Source: an uncultured virus (IMG/VR IMGVR_UViG_3300024999_000087) (taxonomy: Duplodnaviria > Heunggongvirae > Uroviricota > Caudoviricetes). From it: a DNA stretch of 64,000 nt. Shown here one piece after another: positions 47,256-56,473 of the stretch. Numbering within the stretch: position 1 is the stretch's first letter; each line of letters opens with the position of its first letter. The notes beneath the pieces were generated by a model that was not told where the DNA came from, made no database searches, and was given only the letters and a program-made list of their open reading frames with translations. The stretch is from IMG/VR virus record IMGVR_UViG_3300024999_000087; one strand, written 5' to 3'. The translations under genes were made by a program, and so were the position numbers.

Positions 47256-49066
47256 GGCATCCCTATTGCGTATTTATCGTATGGACCGACCGGGGCTTGT
47301 GGCAGGATTGGAGGACACTGGTATGCGGTGAGAGCGTCTGCCCGTGGGTCATCTCCGTAAAGTCCAAGCGAGAAGTTATCTGCATCACCGACCGCAAATG
47401 GCAGTTCACCCATTACTTGCCACGGATCTGTACTCTCATCCTCTGTCTCAGTTGCAGCAGTCCAGTTCAGCGAAGCGAAGGAATACTTCTCAACCCCCAC
47501 CGGCACGCCTTCAACGATTTCCTCGACCATGTACTTGACGACTCCGATCAAGAATATCCTCTCAGGTGTAACCATGCAGGGGCGAGCGCTGATAAGCTCT
47601 ACTCCTTCCGGGCAACCTGGCAATGCAGTCCAGCCAGTGAAGGGAGAGCCATAATGCACCGACCTGACCCCGACCTTGACCTTGTTGCTGACACACAGGT
47701 AGAGATGAGTCTCACCGAAAAGGTCTGCATAGGTAATATCAGGCCGTACCCCCTCTTCTTCTGTGACTTGGGCCGGGACAAGGACCGTAGCGAGGAACAT
47801 TCCTGTTGTGGTGAATTTGACTGCCCCATAGGCCCGCGTCCATGTGTAGATAATCCCTGTATGGTCGTGAAACATTACTGAGTCGTAGGGCACAGTGAAA
47901 TTCACATTCGGATATGCCCCTGCGACCTGCTCAAACATTCGCTTCACATCGAACCAACTTGCAGTGAGATCGAGTGTCGTCAGGCTATCGAGCGTTGCGA
48001 GAAACTGATTTGAATTTACCAGATGGACATTGCCACCAATGGTCAGCGAGTAGAATAACCGCCAGTTCTCATCTTCCGGGTGATCATCGTAATGCTCTGA
48101 GGCCTCGCACGTTTCCGGACCTGAAGAGAAAACATGACAGGAAGCGTTCACCGCATGGAAGAAAACATTATCAAAGGCATACGACCCAAGCGGTTCGCAA
48201 GACCCATCATTCACTGAATTGCTGAGGATGAGCCGTAAATCTTCCGGCATAGAATCATTCAGAATTTCGCTGAAATAAATGGTGTCCTGCGTTCCAAAGG
48301 TAACGTCGATGCCGTAGCCAACTGCTTTCCTTGGGGGATCGCCCACAAAGTCGTAAATCCAGGCACTGTGAAAGGAAGTGTATCTGTCGCCCCCGGTCTT
48401 CTGGTAAATCCGCCAGGGTGTGTAAGCATCCGCGTATTCAATATGCTTGGCTGCGCAATCAATCCGACTTGCCTGGCTGCCATTGGCGATGTAGAAGGAA
48501 GCGGTCTTTTCAAAGACCTGCCGCCACCAGTCGAATGTGCCGTCCCCAGCGATGTCATACTTCATCGAGTCGGAGACAATGACGTTGAAGGTTTCTCCGC
48601 GAAACGGAAGCAGAACTGGAGAGCAGGAGTAATCAGCGACAAGAACTGTCCCAGGCCCCACCGTGTCTCCGTTGATCAGCCCGAAATACGACTGATTCAC
48701 GGCAGGCAGGAATTTTACAGGATAATAGCCTGTATCAATTGATATCTGTCCATTAAAGAATGTCGTGAACTCCCCAGCGACTCCCAAATCCTTGAACATT
48801 ACATGCAGATCCTGCGCCGGATTGAATCCTCCCGCCCAGTAGTCGGCAACGGCAATCTTAATTCCGTCCTGCGTCGAGCAGGCCACAACTGCACCCATCG
48901 GGGACGTGACCCTGCCGCCGTCGATGTCTCCGAGTTGCCAGACCTTGAACCTGAATCCATCCCAGATCGGACAAGCGGATGGGATATCCATCTCCTTGAT
49001 CTGCGCGAGCTTCTTCTTGGCGAACCATCTGCGCTTCAGGCTGCGGTCGCCATCGAAAGTAATCAT
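47252..49066 (-). CDS. Putative tail protein
   Basis: 604 aa, beta-rich, in tail operon. Confidence 0.55.
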   Translation of the reverse strand: MITFDGDRSLKRRWFAKKKLAQIKEMDIPSACPIWDGFRFKVWQLGDIDGGRVTSPMGAVVACSTQDGIKIAVADYWAGGFNPAQDLHVMFKDLGVAGEFTTFFNGQISIDTGYYPVKFLPAVNQSYFGLINGDTVGPGTVLVADYSCSPVLLPFRGETFNVIVSDSMKYDIAGDGTFDWWRQVFEKTASFYIANGSQASRIDCAAKHIEYADAYTPWRIYQKTGGDRYTSFHSAWIYDFVGDPPRKAVGYGIDVTFGTQDTIYFSEILNDSMPEDLRLILSNSVNDGSCEPLGSYAFDNVFFHAVNASCHVFSSGPETCEASEHYDDHPEDENWRLFYSLTIGGNVHLVNSNQFLATLDSLTTLDLTASWFDVKRMFEQVAGAYPNVNFTVPYDSVMFHDHTGIIYTWTRAYGAVKFTTTGMFLATVLVPAQVTEEEGVRPDITYADLFGETHLYLCVSNKVKVGVRSVHYGSPFTGWTALPGCPEGVELISARPCMVTPERIFLIGVVKYMVEEIVEGVPVGVEKYSFASLNWTAATETEDESTDPWQVMGELPFAVGDADNFSLGLYGDDPRADALTAYQCPPILPQAPVGPYDKYAIGMP

Positions 49067-49998
49067 TCAGCAATCTCTGTCTGTCCAGAAAAGTTTGTCC
49101 AAAAGACAGGCGGCGCGAGGTCATAATCTTGCCACGTTCCGTCGGGAGATGTGGCAGTATAAACACTTTTAGAAATAGCCAAGAATATTTCCCCATTCCA
49201 AAATATTTCAGACCATACAGTAGATATTGGCATCGTAGTAAGTGTCCAATTTATTCCGTCTGGAGATGTGGCAGACGCGGAAGAATTGTAGGCAACGATG
49301 CAAAAAACTGACCCATTCCAAGCAATAGAAGCCCATGAACCAGACGAGGGAGTTGGAAGAGTAACCTCTGTCCACGAAACACCATCAGAAGAAATTATAC
49401 ATTTATGCTGATAACCAGATTTTAGATAATGAGAAAGAGCGCAAAAGATTGTACCATTCCAAACTATCTTTTTGTACGTCAACCCAGAAGGAGCGGTGGT
49501 GTAACTCCATGTTGTTCCATTAGAAGAAGTAGCTATCCTATTAGCCCCAACCGCACAAAATATGCTCCCATTCCAGGCGACACCATATAGAGACATTGCC
49601 GCAGGAAGACTGTGCTGGGTCCATGTAACTCCATCTACCGATCGAAGCATCGTAGATACTGCAACAGTATCGCCACCTATTGCGTAAAATACTCCATCTG
49701 CTGAGATGATAACAGAGCAGTTTATGTCTACAGGAAAAGCACTTTGAGTCCATGTTTCTCCATCCGAAGATGTCAGGACCATTGTTGCTTTATTAACTGC
49801 ACAAAAGACAGATCCATTCCAGGCAATAGATGAGAAACTGGTGAATACAGGAATGCCTACACCTGCCCAAGAAGATCCGTCTGCTGATGTTGAAAAAATA
49901 TTATATGAATCTATATTGGTAAGGCAGAAAATATCTCCGTTCCATGCTATAGAATCCCAACTTGCTGCAAAATTGGAACTAGATAGAGAGGTGATCAT
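49063..49998 (-). CDS. BNR/beta-propeller repeat protein (putative receptor binding)
   Basis: About seven W.SIAWNG..F...S.DG..W repeats. Confidence 0.75.
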   Translation of the reverse strand: MITSLSSSNFAASWDSIAWNGDIFCLTNIDSYNIFSTSADGSSWAGVGIPVFTSFSSIAWNGSVFCAVNKATMVLTSSDGETWTQSAFPVDINCSVIISADGVFYAIGGDTVAVSTMLRSVDGVTWTQHSLPAAMSLYGVAWNGSIFCAVGANRIATSSNGTTWSYTTAPSGLTYKKIVWNGTIFCALSHYLKSGYQHKCIISSDGVSWTEVTLPTPSSGSWASIAWNGSVFCIVAYNSSASATSPDGINWTLTTMPISTVWSEIFWNGEIFLAISKSVYTATSPDGTWQDYDLAPPVFWTNFSGQTEIAE

Positions 49999-50001
49999 CT
50001 T

Positions 50002-50466
50002 TTACTCCGCAGGGATGCCGAAGAAAGCTGCATCAATTCGCTGAGTATCGCCGAGAGTCTTGAGTGCGGTGGAGATAATCATCTCCTTGCCGACAGTCCC
50101 GACAGTCAACTGAAGGCGTTTCTCCGTGGTGGCAACTCCGCCAGCGTCAGTAGTCTCTACAATTCTGGCAAATGAAGGATATCCAGTAGCCACATAGTCG
50201 CCATGCCATACCTCAGCAGATGCCTTGGAGATAACTCCACTGGCTGAGGTTGTGGCGAGGTTGACTCCTGTCCCGGCACCGTTGAGAGACACGGTGCAGA
50301 GCAGTGTTGCCGACCCGATAGAAGCTCCCGCTGTCGCTGGGACGAAGGTCAGCGCCTCAGTAAGTGAAACAATTGAGCCGTAGATTTTGATAACCTTGCC
50401 ATTGATCAATGCCTCAGTGTCACCAGTTATATTAAAGTGATCCTGTGCTGCCGGAGATAATTTCAT
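50002..50466 (-). CDS. Virion structural protein
   Basis: Tail operon; A/T/G-rich. Confidence 0.55.
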   Translation of the reverse strand: MKLSPAAQDHFNITGDTEALINGKVIKIYGSIVSLTEALTFVPATAGASIGSATLLCTVSLNGAGTGVNLATTSASGVISKASAEVWHGDYVATGYPSFARIVETTDAGGVATTEKRLQLTVGTVGKEMIISTALKTLGDTQRIDAAFFGIPAE

Positions 50467-50473
50467 TGTGACC

Positions 50474-50872
50474 TCAATTAATTGCGGCGATTACCTCGCC
50501 AATGTTAAGGGAGTGGACCTGCGAAGCGACAAGCGCCCTGTTTGGGAGAAGCGGGCCACTTGTCAGGCAAGTCCCGGCAGACTCCGCTGTCCATATCGAG
50601 ATATGCGTTACTGTGTACCCTGCCGATCCAGCGGCAACCGTCCAGGAAGCCGCCAGGTCGGACAGGCACATCCCTGTGCCTGTAACTGGGTCGTCAAAGG
50701 TGATCGCCTTCCGCACATAATCTGCGTCAGTGCCGACAACTACCTCATTGGCTCCTGTCTCGCCTGGATCATCGGTGTGAAGCGCCACATACCATGCGGT
50801 CGGTCTGGTTACTGCCGTAGTAGTAAACATCCATGTGACGAGTAAGTCCTCGCCTGCGTTTGAAAAACTCAT
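50474..50872 (-). CDS. Tail-fibre-associated protein
   Basis: RPTAWYVALHTDDPGETGANEV...YVRKAITF motif. Confidence 0.65.
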   Translation of the reverse strand: MSFSNAGEDLLVTWMFTTTAVTRPTAWYVALHTDDPGETGANEVVVGTDADYVRKAITFDDPVTGTGMCLSDLAASWTVAAGSAGYTVTHISIWTAESAGTCLTSGPLLPNRALVASQVHSLNIGEVIAAIN

Positions 50873-50876
50873 ATTA

Positions 50877-51374
50877 TCACCCTACCAGTGTAAAGCCAAC
50901 CGGGACACGTAAGGCCCCGCCGTTGGAATTTATAGTTTCAGGAGACGGAAAGAGAACCCCTGAGCAGAGAACCCCAGTCGTCCCATCCCATGTCGGAGCA
51001 GAAGAAATAAAAGCCCCCCTGACAGTTACCCCTGCCGCAAACTCAAAGACGTTGGGATCGACAAGCGTAGTCAGGGTCGCATTGGCAACTGCCGGGAATG
51101 TGATGGTCTGCCGTGCCGTACCTGTATAGGATTTGACTTCCCCGCAAGAGGCAATCAAGGTGGTCATGGTATCGGTTGCAATAGGCTGATAGTTATTCCC
51201 AAACAACCCTAGATACCAAGCCGAATACTGCGCACCGCCTGTTAGTGCGGAGGCAAGCATGTAATTCAGGGCTACAGTCGGCATGATGTTGTGAATCCGC
51301 TGCACCGACAAAACCTCCCCGTCCGGCCCAAGGCGTTCGACGGTGTAGACAAACCCAACCTTCTGTATCTCCAT
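50877..51374 (-). CDS. Virion structural protein
   Basis: HNIMP..ALNYML...WYLGL...TVRGAF motif. Confidence 0.55.
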   Translation of the reverse strand: MEIQKVGFVYTVERLGPDGEVLSVQRIHNIMPTVALNYMLASALTGGAQYSAWYLGLFGNNYQPIATDTMTTLIASCGEVKSYTGTARQTITFPAVANATLTTLVDPNVFEFAAGVTVRGAFISSAPTWDGTTGVLCSGVLFPSPETINSNGGALRVPVGFTLVG

Positions 51375-52609
51375 TATGATCTCCTGATTTGTTCTGCTGT
51401 AATCCAACTTGTTGCCGCCATCGTGGAGATAGTCGGCGTTTTGAGTGTTGCGATGAACTGCCGTAATCCGTCCTGTTCGCGGATAAGTGACGCACCGTAT
51501 ACCGCAGTATCGACGGCTACGTTATCCTCGACCACATTCTTCATTTGTCCGTCAGGTGTACCGACCACCATCCCGCGTTGAGATTGCCAGCATACGTTTT
51601 GCGAGTTGGGGATTTTCTTGCCTGTGCCGTAGACTGCCCCGTAATTAACCGACTGAACAGCCTGTGGAGCGTCAAAGATGTCTCCCGCCCAGAACTCAGT
51701 CTTGTTCCCGTAGGCGAAGAAACACCCACCCGTTACAGGCTCCATGAGGTCAACGGTATCGGTGAACTGGATAAAGTTATCTCCCAACCTGAAATGATCG
51801 TACTGGTACGGGTCCGAGTACCAAACCCTATCCGCATCAGCGACTATTGCCCGACCATTGGCAAACCTGATTATGCGCCCTGCCGGTGCAGGAGAGACAA
51901 AGGCTAAGTCCAAAATACTTGAATCATCATAACGACCTGCAATAACCTGATACGACTGTGTGTTAGGTAGTACATCGGCAACGTGATACAAAACCTCGCC
52001 ATCCGGCATACTCAAGTACAGCCTGACGTAAACCGCTTGCGGATCGGTGACGGGGGGAATGTTGGAGAAGATAATCCCGCAATTCGCGCCAGCAGATACC
52101 GAGACAATCTGAGATGCCCCGGATTCTACCCCGTTCGCATCGACAAAAGAACACGCCGCAAGATACACCCCTGCACCGTAACTTCCCGATGTGGTGGACA
52201 GAACCGGAGGGGATGGGCGGGCCATGCCCCAGTTGTTCGCAACGCCGCTAACGATCTTCTTGCAGACAATCCCATCCGAGAAGTAGACCGCACCGTTGAA
52301 ACAGTCCCACGCGTAGGTTGTGCCGAGGATCCCTGAACAAAGAGTGGTCGCCGTATTATCGGAGTTGAACTGTTTCAGGCTTCCGTTTTCGACAAAGAAA
52401 ACCCCTTCAGCGCACGAATAGCCGCCTTTCGGAAAACCGGAATAGACCTTTGTTGCAGACCCCTTCCTTCGCCGTGCCTTGCCACTGTTGGTGAAGTCAA
52501 CATTGACCGCGTTCCGCACAGTTCCTTCAGGGAGGTCATGGTCAGAGGTCTTGTTATTCATCCCCCTTGGGAATGGTCCGAGCCTGACTGTTTTGTCTTC
52601 CTCTACCAT
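51374..52609 (-). CDS. Putative tail nozzle/stabilisation protein
   Basis: PRGMNN...NAVNVDF..SG..RRRKG N-terminus; follows adaptor. Confidence 0.6.
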   Translation of the reverse strand: MVEEDKTVRLGPFPRGMNNKTSDHDLPEGTVRNAVNVDFTNSGKARRRKGSATKVYSGFPKGGYSCAEGVFFVENGSLKQFNSDNTATTLCSGILGTTYAWDCFNGAVYFSDGIVCKKIVSGVANNWGMARPSPPVLSTTSGSYGAGVYLAACSFVDANGVESGASQIVSVSAGANCGIIFSNIPPVTDPQAVYVRLYLSMPDGEVLYHVADVLPNTQSYQVIAGRYDDSSILDLAFVSPAPAGRIIRFANGRAIVADADRVWYSDPYQYDHFRLGDNFIQFTDTVDLMEPVTGGCFFAYGNKTEFWAGDIFDAPQAVQSVNYGAVYGTGKKIPNSQNVCWQSQRGMVVGTPDGQMKNVVEDNVAVDTAVYGASLIREQDGLRQFIATLKTPTISTMAATSWITAEQIRRS

Positions 52610-53271
52610 ACCTTGTTCCTGTGTGGTCTGTTTGCGCGTGTTGAACGCTTCCTATCTGCGGTAGGTTTCTTCCCAAAATACCGAGTGAACCTGGCCTCAT
52701 GCTTTTCAGATTCCCCTGAGTCGTACATATCAGAATCAGGCTTTCCGTAGGCTCTATACAGAACCCAGTGATACAGGTATCGGTGATGGGATAATGCAAT
52801 TTCAGGGGTAGGTGTTGGAGTGCCAGTAGTCCCCATTGTCACCAAAGGAACCCTGTGAACCTCAAGTTTTAAGGTGTATGATTCGACGGGGGGGGGGACT
52901 ATCTGCACACTTAATTCATCAACAATGAGCGTATCGGGTGCTCCGTCTTCTTCTCGCCATGTCGGTCTGTAGGTGTCGAGCGAATCACGCTCCTGAATTG
53001 AGAGATACGTTATATTGCCACCAGTATCCACAAGATACGCAGCGTTTACCGTTGTGATTGCGGTATGCAGAGCATAGACAGCGGATGCTGAAGTTACGGC
53101 TATATCGCAAACGGCGGCGGTGGTATTGTCAAATATTAAGCCCCTGCGCCTACACGCCTCATCAACCGCCTCGTTGTAATACCCGACCACTACTGAGTCA
53201 GCCAGGAATGGAGGGATTGCTGAATCATTCGCCTCAGTTCTGTATTGAGAAATCAGGTCAACGATGTTCAT
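52603..53271 (-). CDS. Head-tail adaptor (DUF6682-like)
   Basis: YYNEAVDEACRR...PEI...HH..L..WVLYRAY.K.D. Confidence 0.7.
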   Translation of the reverse strand: MNIVDLISQYRTEANDSAIPPFLADSVVVGYYNEAVDEACRRRGLIFDNTTAAVCDIAVTSASAVYALHTAITTVNAAYLVDTGGNITYLSIQERDSLDTYRPTWREEDGAPDTLIVDELSVQIVPPPVESYTLKLEVHRVPLVTMGTTGTPTPTPEIALSHHRYLYHWVLYRAYGKPDSDMYDSGESEKHEARFTRYFGKKPTADRKRSTRANRPHRNKVW

Positions 53272-53645
53272 TATTCTATCCCGAACTTATCAATTAAATT
53301 GATGACCTGCGCTTTCATCTCGTACAGTTTGCCTTCGGTGATATCAAAGTTGAAATTCCGCTTGGCATACTCTGATAAAGCCTGTTTGCGAGGGACGGAC
53401 ATGATGAAATCCCTTGCTGACTGCAAGACTTCCTCCTGATCGCCTTCCTTCGTTTCCGTTTCAATCCCGGCCTCTTCAGTGACTTCACCGAGAACGAAAA
53501 CGTCAGGATGCTTGAGCAGGAGAACCGCTTTGTCGCTCTGGATCATCAGCGTCTGACCTTTCGTCCATTCGCCGCCAGAGTTGTAGTTTCCGTCCTTGCA
53601 TGTATCTCTGAAACCGACATACTTGACGGGAGTAAATTCATTCAT
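53271..53645 (-). CDS. hypothetical head-region protein
   Basis: Between decoration and adaptor genes. Confidence 0.55.
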   Translation of the reverse strand: MNEFTPVKYVGFRDTCKDGNYNSGGEWTKGQTLMIQSDKAVLLLKHPDVFVLGEVTEEAGIETETKEGDQEEVLQSARDFIMSVPRKQALSEYAKRNFNFDITEGKLYEMKAQVINLIDKFGIE

Positions 53646-53656
53646 AAGTCCTCACA

Positions 53657-53676
53657 CCCCCCGGCGAACCGGGGGG
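53657..53676 (-). terminator. UUCG-capped hairpin after capsid/decoration genes
   Basis: Minus CCCCCCGG-TTCG-CCGGGGGG; no U-tail, so may be a stabiliser or pause site. Confidence 0.55.
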
Positions 53677-53689
53677 AGGTTTGAGTTTA

Positions 53690-54172
53690 TCAGGGCTGTC
53701 CGGTCATTTCACCGATAACGGCGATATCTGCCTTGCCAACTGCATCAGCAGCGGCACCGGCCCAGGTAAGGGTAAGATAGGCGGCTTTCGGCAGGGTGAC
53801 GGGACGAACCGCAACATTGGTCATCCGCAGTTTCGCCTGAGTTGCCAGGGAGGTAGCGGCACAGAAATAATCTGCATCCTGCGGGACAGCGGTAGAATCA
53901 ACGCCGTCAACATAGGCAAAACCGATAGCTCCGGTGGTTGCAGCAGTGAACGCGTCACTGATGTTGAGCATGTAGTCATAAATCTTCAGACCAGCCGGGA
54001 GGATGCCGAGACGAAGCACATCGTTTACCTGAATGGCGGTGGTCAGGTCAGAGTCAGCCCACACGCCCGCTGAAGTGGTCTCAAGGGGGTAGTGCAGGAT
54101 GGTGGCGTTACCCCACGGCACCCCGCCGATACGGGTTTCAGTTGCAATGCTTTTCTTTGTTACAGTTGCCAT
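53690..54172 (-). CDS. Capsid decoration protein (putative)
   Basis: Directly after MCP; LPAG beta-rich pattern. Confidence 0.6.
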   Translation of the reverse strand: MATVTKKSIATETRIGGVPWGNATILHYPLETTSAGVWADSDLTTAIQVNDVLRLGILPAGLKIYDYMLNISDAFTAATTGAIGFAYVDGVDSTAVPQDADYFCAATSLATQAKLRMTNVAVRPVTLPKAAYLTLTWAGAAADAVGKADIAVIGEMTGQP

Positions 54173-54190
54173 AATAATTCTCCAGTTAGA

Positions 54191-55474
54191 TTACAGTGCT
54201 ACAACGGTATCAAGTGCGATAACGCCGAAGTCAGTAGGCTGAACAGACACGCCGTGGTCTACGTCAAAGCGGATTTTGGACTTGCCGCCGATCTGACCGC
54301 AGACGATTTCCAGGTTGTTCTTGAAATCTGTTTCTTCTTCCTCGAAAAAGTACGGTGCGCCGGAATGCTTGCTCTTTCCAAACGCCTCAGCAAGTGCCAT
54401 GCCGCCAAGAAGCAGGGCGCGGTCAACTGCGTAGGCGGTAGTGAAAGCTGCGGGGATCAAATCGCCGGAGATTTCCGTATCACTGGTGAGAGAAGTACAG
54501 TGTAGAAGCTCATTGCCAGTGTAGAAGCGAATCGGTTTCGGCAGTTTGACAATGAGAATGCCGCGCCACAGAAGGGAATCGTTCATGAACAGAGGATGGT
54601 TCTTAGCCATCTGCCCACGGGCAACCGCGTTAGCCATCAGGGTCCGGTAAGAAATGGAGTTCTGCGTGGATTTCACAAACGAGTTGTACTGTTTCGGGGA
54701 TACCAGCAGAACGCGGATAGGATCGTCAGCGGCCATCTGGTCATCCTTGAACACTACCGGAGGCGGTGCAAGAGCCATTTCCTCAATAGTCGTTGCCAGT
54801 GCATCAACAACGTCCATGTTGAACAGGTCGGTAGAGGCCATGGTGATCTCACTGCCAGCAGCAGCGACATACTCAATGCCCGTACCAGTGGACATATAAT
54901 GACGGTTGTAGGTCGGAGCCTTGACAGTGTTGACACAGACACTTGCAAAGTCAGCATCAGAGGCCAAAGGTACAACCCACTCGACATCATTGGCGAAACC
55001 ACGGGCACCGGCCAGGTGGACATGCTGAAGCTGGTCCTCGTAGCGGGTCATGAGATTGAAAGACTGCTCACGGGCCAGGGACCGAAGCTGCCATTTGGTT
55101 CTCTGCTGGTCCATAACACCACCGGCAGAAATCGGGAAACGGGCCTGGTCGATGTGCAGCTTGTCGCCGGAGAAGGTCAGATTCTTACCAAGACCCTGCG
55201 CGACCTTGTTGCCCATGATCGGCTTGCCGGTAATAGGATTGATCAGGTCAAACTTGATCTCATCGCCAGCACTTTTTGTCAAATCCATTGCCCGAACTAC
55301 CGGCAAAGAACTTTTCGACTGGAATTTCAGGTTATTCTCAGCGTCGGCCTGCTGCGGAAGATTGCCGGTCAGACGATTGAGTTTGGTCAATCTGGCCATT
55401 GATGCCGTAAACAGACCAGCGGCCTGAGTTACGAGCGCCTGGTCGGAGCCGTAGGGAATAGATGTTACTGCCAT
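54191..55474 (-). CDS. Major capsid protein (N4-gp56/DUF4043-like)
   Basis: DLTKSAGDEIKFDL, IDQAR, QQRT..LR..AR, HPLF, VDRALLLG, DFGVIALDT. Confidence 0.88.
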   Translation of the reverse strand: MAVTSIPYGSDQALVTQAAGLFTASMARLTKLNRLTGNLPQQADAENNLKFQSKSSLPVVRAMDLTKSAGDEIKFDLINPITGKPIMGNKVAQGLGKNLTFSGDKLHIDQARFPISAGGVMDQQRTKWQLRSLAREQSFNLMTRYEDQLQHVHLAGARGFANDVEWVVPLASDADFASVCVNTVKAPTYNRHYMSTGTGIEYVAAAGSEITMASTDLFNMDVVDALATTIEEMALAPPPVVFKDDQMAADDPIRVLLVSPKQYNSFVKSTQNSISYRTLMANAVARGQMAKNHPLFMNDSLLWRGILIVKLPKPIRFYTGNELLHCTSLTSDTEISGDLIPAAFTTAYAVDRALLLGGMALAEAFGKSKHSGAPYFFEEEETDFKNNLEIVCGQIGGKSKIRFDVDHGVSVQPTDFGVIALDTVVAL

Positions 55475-55493
55475 TGTGTTACCTCATTAGGTT

Positions 55494-56438
55494 TCATCTT
55501 ATAGTTCTGTCGAGAAACTCCATTATTTCGTTAGGCGATTTCCCGACGAATTTATTCATCAGTTGTACGGGAGTCATATTCTGCATCGCGCCAGCCTCAT
55601 CGTGATGTGCCGCCGTTCCAGCTGGGATATCAGACAGGCTTTTGGGTACAGACTTTCCGGTGGCTTTCTTCTCGGCCTCTGCTGCTTTCATGGCGACTGT
55701 ATCCGTTGTATCGCCAACGGGGGCAGGGTGTGCGTCCTTGAATGCGGTTACCATGTCAATCACATCCTTTGCGGTGCCATGCTCAATGATGTTCATGTAG
55801 GCTGCTTTGATCGGGCCGGGGTGTTTGTCCACCCACTCCATAATCTCAGGTGCTGCCATAATATCGTCAAAGTCCTTATGGGCATCCCTGATCGTGCCGA
55901 AGTGCTTCTCAGCAATCGTGTCGTTCGTGGTCTTCATTACCGGGGCGAGGTCAGCGGAGATTTGTTTCTTCAGTTCCGCCATCTCTGCCCGGAGTTCTTT
56001 GACCACACTGGCGTTGCTATGCTCCATCAACTCCAGCAATTCCGGGAAGTCCTCTTTAACCGATTCCCTCAATGAATCCGTGGCCTCGGTCGTGCCGGTT
56101 GCTGCGTCCTGTTCTTTTGCAGCCTTCAGACTTTCAAGAAGGGCTTCTCTCTCTGCAAGGGTATTTCTCAGAGATTCGACCTCTTCTTTCGCGGCCTTAG
56201 CGTCATTTCTCGCCTCGACCAACTTCTCGTATTCGATGGTATGAACACCGTCTTTGGCAAGAATTACCGGCTTGACTTCTTCCTTCTGTTCTTCCTCTTT
56301 GACCTCTTCAGTGTCGAGGGCTGGCGTTTCCTCGATTGCTGTATCGCCATTACCCGTCAAGAAACGGGCCATCTGCTCGTCGGTCAATTCTCCTTCCAAC
56401 TTCTCAAAATACTGTTCTGCTTCCATGCTACGCTCCAT
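55494..56438 (-). CDS. Scaffolding protein
   Basis: Acidic coiled-coil between portal and MCP; ILAKDGVHTI.Y. Confidence 0.7.
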   Translation of the reverse strand: MERSMEAEQYFEKLEGELTDEQMARFLTGNGDTAIEETPALDTEEVKEEEQKEEVKPVILAKDGVHTIEYEKLVEARNDAKAAKEEVESLRNTLAEREALLESLKAAKEQDAATGTTEATDSLRESVKEDFPELLELMEHSNASVVKELRAEMAELKKQISADLAPVMKTTNDTIAEKHFGTIRDAHKDFDDIMAAPEIMEWVDKHPGPIKAAYMNIIEHGTAKDVIDMVTAFKDAHPAPVGDTTDTVAMKAAEAEKKATGKSVPKSLSDIPAGTAAHHDEAGAMQNMTPVQLMNKFVGKSPNEIMEFLDRTIR

Positions 56439-56473
56439 GCCAGATATCGCCCTGGCAGCAAATAGAGATTAAA

